A stretch of DNA of 64,000 nucleotides from a virus (taxonomy: Duplodnaviria > Caudoviricetes): the IMG/VR virus record IMGVR_UViG_3300042257_000126, positions 1 through 64,000 of that record; one strand, written 5' to 3'. Made by a program: the position numbers and the translations under genes. Positions 59,630-64,000 of this stretch are shown piece after piece. Below the pieces are notes generated by a model that had not been told where the DNA came from, made no database searches, and saw only the letters and a program-made list of their open reading frames with translations. How positions within the stretch are numbered: position 1 is the stretch's first letter; every line of letters starts with the position of its first letter.

Positions 59630-60208
59630 TCATTTTATTCCGTACATTTCAAACCTGTCATCAAACTCCAAATCAACAGTAGTAATTTTATCAGGGTGCT
59701 CAAACAACGGCCTCGCTGCGTTCAGTAACATAGCTGATGCCTCAAAACAAAACACCTTCTTTCCTTTCTTATCATCCTTCGGCGACCAATCAACTTTCCC
59801 GTTAGACAAAATATAAGGTATCCACCACAGAAAATTAGTTATCTCATATTCAATATTCCCAAACGCCAACCTTAACGCTTCGTAGTAGATGTTGATACGC
59901 TCAGTAGTGTTCAACTGGTCTTTCAGTTTAAACACAACGATATTTTCAGGAACATGGAAGTCAACCAGTTCCCTGATGATATACCCACGTGCAACGGCTT
60001 CCGCAACGTGCGCAACCCGAACTCCGTCAACTTGTGGAACCATAACCACAGTCATTGTGTGATTATAATACTTGTCCAACTTTTTCCCGTAACGAATCTT
60101 AGCCCACTTCTTCATAAAATACTGAATCCCCTTTGGAAGAAACCCACTCCTGTTATGAACCGCTAAAATATCTCCTGTCCTTAATTCCGAAATGCTAATT
60201 TTGTCCAT
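59630..60208 (-). CDS. Permuted papain-like NlpC/P60 (YiiX/YebB-like) enzyme
   Basis: LRTGDIL, YNH, EA, EY, FCFE (His before Cys). Confidence 0.75.
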   Translation of the reverse strand: MDKISISELRTGDILAVHNRSGFLPKGIQYFMKKWAKIRYGKKLDKYYNHTMTVVMVPQVDGVRVAHVAEAVARGYIIRELVDFHVPENIVVFKLKDQLNTTERINIYYEALRLAFGNIEYEITNFLWWIPYILSNGKVDWSPKDDKKGKKVFCFEASAMLLNAARPLFEHPDKITTVDLEFDDRFEMYGIK

Positions 60209-60286
60209 TTTAAGCCACTTTTATTTTAGAGTTGATATATTATGCCACTAAGACAGAGAAAGTCGTTTATACACGCCCTACGAGGC
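60207..60286 (-). repeat. Dispersed tripartite element, copy C
   Basis: AAACGACTTTCTC-N9-GGCATAATATATC..ATAAAAGTGGCTTAAAAT. Confidence 0.55.
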
Positions 60287-60395
60287 TTTGGTGAGCATTT
60301 TTGAGATGTGGTAGCATTCCATAATCCTGATACGAATTTCTTCCACCTTGTCAGGGCGTGTTTTCTTTGCCTCTGCCAACGCATCTGACAACTCC

Positions 60396-60659
60396 CTAAT
60401 CCGCTTCTTGAGTATTGGGTTCATGATCAAAGTTTGGTGTGTAAATCTTGCCGGTAAATCCATATTCAACAACCTGATCTGTTATGTCCCATTCGTAAAC
60501 AGGCAACATATCGTCCTCTAATATCTGCTGGTCATAAAACCGACCCCAGTGATACACAGCCAACGCCATCCCCAATTTGTTCCAGTTGTCCCCAACGGTT
60601 ACAACACAAATGCTGCCGTTCTTTAAATCAACATCGTCCCGTTTGTCTTTAAACTCCAT
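60396..60659 (-). CDS. Hypothetical protein
   Basis: -7 box at 60687-60694 upstream. Confidence 0.65.
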   Translation of the reverse strand: MEFKDKRDDVDLKNGSICVVTVGDNWNKLGMALAVYHWGRFYDQQILEDDMLPVYEWDITDQVVEYGFTGKIYTPNFDHEPNTQEAD

Positions 60660-60767
60660 TTTTCTTCTCGTTTATTATTATGCCTACAAAGATAACTATA
60701 TTAACACACGCCACCAAATCAAAACGTATGTTGTGCAACATAAATTCGTGATTCTCAAATTGCAAAT

Positions 60768-60950
60768 TCAAGTATTAACATTTTTTTTGTTGTTAAACCG
60801 AATTCCATATTCTCCGTCATACAACTTCAAAATACGCCTTGAACTTTTCATTTTTTCGCTCGGTGTGATATGAAACAAAGTTTTTGTCGTGTCGGCAAGA
60901 AACTTTGGGTCTTCCTGCATATACCTAAAAAAATCAGTTAAACTTCCCAT
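60768..60950 (-). CDS. Small hypothetical protein
   Basis: -7 box at 60968-60975 upstream. Confidence 0.55.
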   Translation of the reverse strand: MGSLTDFFRYMQEDPKFLADTTKTLFHITPSEKMKSSRRILKLYDGEYGIRFNNKKNVNT

Positions 60951-61023
60951 AATTAATTATTTTCCAACAAAGATAACATTTTAAACGTGAAAGTGTGCCG
61001 ACAAGAATATGTTTTACAACATA

Positions 61024-61512
61024 TCAAGCCTCATCGTAATATCCATTAAACGTGTCTTTGCAAAATTTCTTCAATTCGCCTTCATAGCGAAACCATTCTC
61101 CACGAGACCTATTTGCCCAAAAGCGTTTATGAAAATTTCTTTCAACCACACGATCTCCTTCCACAAAACCAAGGATTCTTAAACTAAAAGGACAACCGCT
61201 CTGTAATGATTCAATCCTACTCAAAGGATTTTTACTATAACCAATTTTGCAAAAACCATAGTCCTCATTTACAAAAAAATATACATAATCTCCTTCAAGA
61301 TTTTGTTTTTTTCTCATTTGTTTCGCTTCACTGACTTTGTCCCAATATTCCAAAAAAGGAATTTGAAAAACATCCTCAAATAATTGAAATAAATGTTTTT
61401 TCTTTAAGTAAGATAATGGTTTTCCTTGATGGAATATAATTCTCTTTTCTCTTAATTTATTCCTACAAAGTTTAAGTTGTTGTTGAGATAAACTGTAATT
61501 GCTTTTTTTCAT
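61024..61512 (-). CDS. GIY-YIG family, T5orf172/MUG113-like protein
   Basis: YVYF..KIGYS..RIESLQSGCP..ERNFH..RGEWF. Confidence 0.88.
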   Translation of the reverse strand: MKKSNYSLSQQQLKLCRNKLREKRIIFHQGKPLSYLKKKHLFQLFEDVFQIPFLEYWDKVSEAKQMRKKQNLEGDYVYFFVNEDYGFCKIGYSKNPLSRIESLQSGCPFSLRILGFVEGDRVVERNFHKRFWANRSRGEWFRYEGELKKFCKDTFNGYYDEA

Positions 61513-62093
61513 TTGTATGACACTTTTGAACTCGTATCTTTTTCCGTGAAGGATATAGAAAGTCCTTTAGGGCATGAAAATGCTCTTTTTGTTGTTACTT
61601 TTTTTTTATCCTTCACGAAGGTTTTGCTTGCTTTGTTTGACACTTCGTCGCCCGTAGAGCCCCCTCCATGTTCGGCTACAAAGAAATATATGGACTTTGT
61701 AGCTTGCGTTCATATTAACCCATATCGCCTATACAGCCTGAACGCCTCATTTCAGCTTCGTTCCTTGCGTATTTTGTCCTGCGTGGTAAGAACGATTTAT
61801 TTGTGTACCCCACCGTTAATATTTTTTTGTTCCGTCGATACACAAAAAAACCACCCTCTTACACGAAGAAGGTGGAATGTTTCTATGCGAAAACCGTCAG
61901 AACGATTTTTTTTCAATTTAATATGTAACTCAAGTTTTCGCATAAAAAACTATTTTTAACACCGCAAATATAATAAAAAAAAATTAACCACCAAAAAAAG
62001 GTTTAAAAAAAGTTGTCAGCGTGTATTTAAAGTACAAAAACCCACGCCGACCGGGGACACCCCAATCCTTTGCGTGGGTCTTTTTAAGGGATA

Positions 62094-62219
62094 CTACCCT
62101 TTGCGTTTTTTCAGGTATTCTTCACCGGAAATTTTGTTACGCACAAATGCGGACAAAAGTTGGTCTTTTGCTCTCTTGCTTCTTCCGATTTTTTTGCTAC
62201 CTTTTTTTGAATTTTTCAC
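62094..62219 (-). CDS. Small basic protein (41 aa)
   Basis: GTG start, MKNSKKGSKKIGRSKRAKDQ..., -7 box at 62278-62285, hairpin plus T tract downstream. Confidence 0.4.
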   Translation of the reverse strand: MKNSKKGSKKIGRSKRAKDQLLSAFVRNKISGEEYLKKRKG

Positions 62220-62339
62220 GACGTTCTATTTTATAGTTTTACGTCATGTGTGCCTCCTTTCGTTTTTTGTGTTGTGGCAAATATAGTAAAATGTGTTGTA
62301 AAACATATAAAAGGTCTGCATATTTTGTTACAAAAATGT

Positions 62340-62347
62340 TACCTTTG
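62340..62347 (+). promoter_or_regulatory. -7 box of a rightward promoter next to the cassette hairpin
   Basis: TACCTTTG, divergent from the -7 box at 62278-62285. Confidence 0.65.
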
Positions 62348-62349
62348 TA

Positions 62350-62781
62350 TAAAGGTACTGCCGTATGAGACGTGCCGAGTAATTAATAACTAAAAAAAAA
62401 AATAATATGAAAACAAATTGTGGAAGTTCCCCTGATAGTTCAACAAAGCCGGAAGTCATGGATTATGACGGCATGTTAACAACTGGCTTTTATTGGCATC
62501 CGAGATACAGCCAGACCGATGAGCCAGACAAACAAGGACGGTGGTCGAGGCTTTGCTTTTATCGTAAATTTCTAATTGCATGGATAAGTAGGCAACAAGT
62601 GAACGAAACTGTAATGTATGTTGTAACTGATTTTTTCCCGACAAATGGAAATAGTAACCCATGCTTTGTGGAAGCTACCGAAGATTTTGAAAAAGCAAAA
62701 GAAGGGGTGGAAAAACGTTTCAACGAGTTTCTTAAAGCTTGTTGTTAACTATGTTGTATGTGTAATGCGCACTTGTGCAAA
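62350..62781 (+). mobile_element. Third cassette locus: hairpin 62350-62478, one cassette 62475-62749, terminal site 62746-62781
   Basis: TGCCGTATGA...TTATGACGGCA-T-GTTA; GTTAACAACTGGCTTT / AAAGCTTGTTGTTAAC; 36 bp site shared with 4509. Confidence 0.8.
62407..62748 (+). CDS. Cassette hypothetical protein
   Basis: Starts inside the hairpin and stops at the TAAC core. Confidence 0.7.
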   Translation: MKTNCGSSPDSSTKPEVMDYDGMLTTGFYWHPRYSQTDEPDKQGRWSRLCFYRKFLIAWISRQQVNETVMYVVTDFFPTNGNSNPCFVEATEDFEKAKEGVEKRFNEFLKACC

Positions 62782-62847
62782 TGTTTTTATGTGGTAAAAC
62801 ATGAAAAAAGTTTTCTGTCGTTGTGGAATGTTTTGTATATTTGTAAA

Positions 62848-63015
62848 ATGAAAATTAAATACATACCAGCAATCATTCTTTCGGTCATCGCCGGAGTTAT
62901 TTTTCTGGTGTACTGGTTGCTTGGCGCGTGTTTTCTTATTTTCACGGAAATATTGGAATATGGAATAAAGTTGTATTATAAAGTTAAACGTCCACGGCTG
63001 CGTGGACACAAATAA
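62848..63015 (+). CDS. Small membrane protein
   Basis: MKIKYIPAIILSVIAG..., TATATTTG at 62836. Confidence 0.5.
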   Translation: MKIKYIPAIILSVIAGVIFLVYWLLGACFLIFTEILEYGIKLYYKVKRPRLRGHK

Positions 63016-63025
63016 ATAATGAACA

Positions 63026-63445
63026 ATGAGTTTAGACGTAATGTTAGAGCGCAAGCGTTGGTTTACTTACGACAAGGTTAACTTTGATGAGGATAACGAA
63101 AGGTTGTATTCAGCAAATATTACACACAACCTCAATGTAATGGCAGAGGAAGCGGGTATTTACGAAGCATTGTGGCGACCACACCGATTGCAGCCCGGTT
63201 ATGATATTCCAGACGGGAATCATGAATTGGAATGGGCTTTTGAGGATGCGTGTGAAATAACAGCAAGTGAAATCATTCCATTGCTGGAAAAAGGATTGGC
63301 AGATTTAAAAGCACGTCCAGAACACTTCAAGCAGTTTGACAGTCCGAATGGGTGGGGAACGTATGTACACTTTGTTCCATTTGTGGAAGAATATCTAAAT
63401 GCCTGCAAGAAATACCATGATGCAATCGTAAGAGTTTCGAGATGA
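63026..63445 (+). CDS. Hypothetical phage protein
   Basis: ANITHNL..MA..AGIY..LW and PNGWGTY motifs. Confidence 0.8.
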   Translation: MSLDVMLERKRWFTYDKVNFDEDNERLYSANITHNLNVMAEEAGIYEALWRPHRLQPGYDIPDGNHELEWAFEDACEITASEIIPLLEKGLADLKARPEHFKQFDSPNGWGTYVHFVPFVEEYLNACKKYHDAIVRVSR

Positions 63446-63663
63446 AAAACTACTTAATCGAATACACGGTCAAGGACTATCGCGGCGTTGTCGTAAAACA
63501 CGGCAAGTACCGCGTGAAAAACAAGATGAGCGACTTTGAAGCTAAAGTCACGTTTGAGGCATTTTTAAAACGCAAACACCCGAAGTTTGGCAGCTTGATT
63601 ATACACTCGTGCGTTGAAGATAATGATATATTTTCATTTTTTGGCGACATCTTTAAATCTTGA
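63442..63663 (+). CDS. Hypothetical protein
   Basis: ORF overlapping the previous stop. Confidence 0.65.
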   Translation: MKNYLIEYTVKDYRGVVVKHGKYRVKNKMSDFEAKVTFEAFLKRKHPKFGSLIIHSCVEDNDIFSFFGDIFKS

Positions 63664-63940
63664 TTATCTTTACACAAAAATTATTATGGCAGTATCAGAT
63701 TTAGATTTAGACGTAAAATTGCAGGGTGAACGTATTATGGCTTCTGAACAGGGTGCAATGTTATATATTCGTCTGGATGAAGAAAGTAAAGTCACTTATT
63801 CTTTTGCAGGAGACGTTGTTGATGTTGCACGTGCGCTGATGTCTGCTATGCTAAACGATGAGGACGGCGTACTGTATGAAATAGTTGTTGCAGCGTTGGA
63901 TACATTTGAAGAATCGTTTACGTATCACAACGTGAATTGA
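63614..63940 (+). CDS. Hypothetical protein (true start probably MAVSDLD)
   Basis: Acidic ORF. Confidence 0.6.
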   Translation: MKIMIYFHFLATSLNLDYLYTKIIMAVSDLDLDVKLQGERIMASEQGAMLYIRLDEESKVTYSFAGDVVDVARALMSAMLNDEDGVLYEIVVAALDTFEESFTYHNVN

Positions 63941-64000
63941 TGAACGAAGTTTGATACCATAAGTCCTATTTTTGAGTGATAGTTCTGACAAGCAGGTTTG

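Noticed and set aside
61513-61959. 148 aa + strand ORF
   Set aside because: TTG start, no recognisable motifs, and it lies in a low-complexity regulatory-looking region.

Overview
64 kb of a tailed dsDNA phage that very probably infects Bacteroidota: TAnnTTTG -7 promoter boxes precede many genes, there is a DUF3127 protein, and several signal peptides end before Gln. The + strand (1-15.6 kb and 62.4-64 kb) carries DNA modification, recombination and nucleotide metabolism genes plus two tRNAs. The - strand (15.7-61.5 kb) carries a podovirus-type, crAss-like morphogenesis module: TerL, portal, major capsid, ring and muzzle proteins, cargo proteins including a 2882 aa polyvalent protein, fibres, lysozyme and GroES-like proteins. 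Two things stand out. (1) An integron-like cassette system occurs at three loci (1-4544, 52077-54233, 62350-62781). Genes, four of them DNA methyltransferases, are each bracketed by their own GTT...AAC inverted repeat and separated by attC-like hairpins. The genes lie opposite to the canonical integron orientation, every matched terminal repeat has a G:T mismatch at position 11, two loci end in the same 36 bp site, and I recognise no integrase in the window. (2) Several structural-module proteins have Sec signal peptides, and three are dense in the Bacteroidota O-glycosylation sequon D-(S/T)-(A/I/L/V/M/T), suggesting exported, host-glycosylated virion parts. All calls come from reading motifs by eye; no searches were run.
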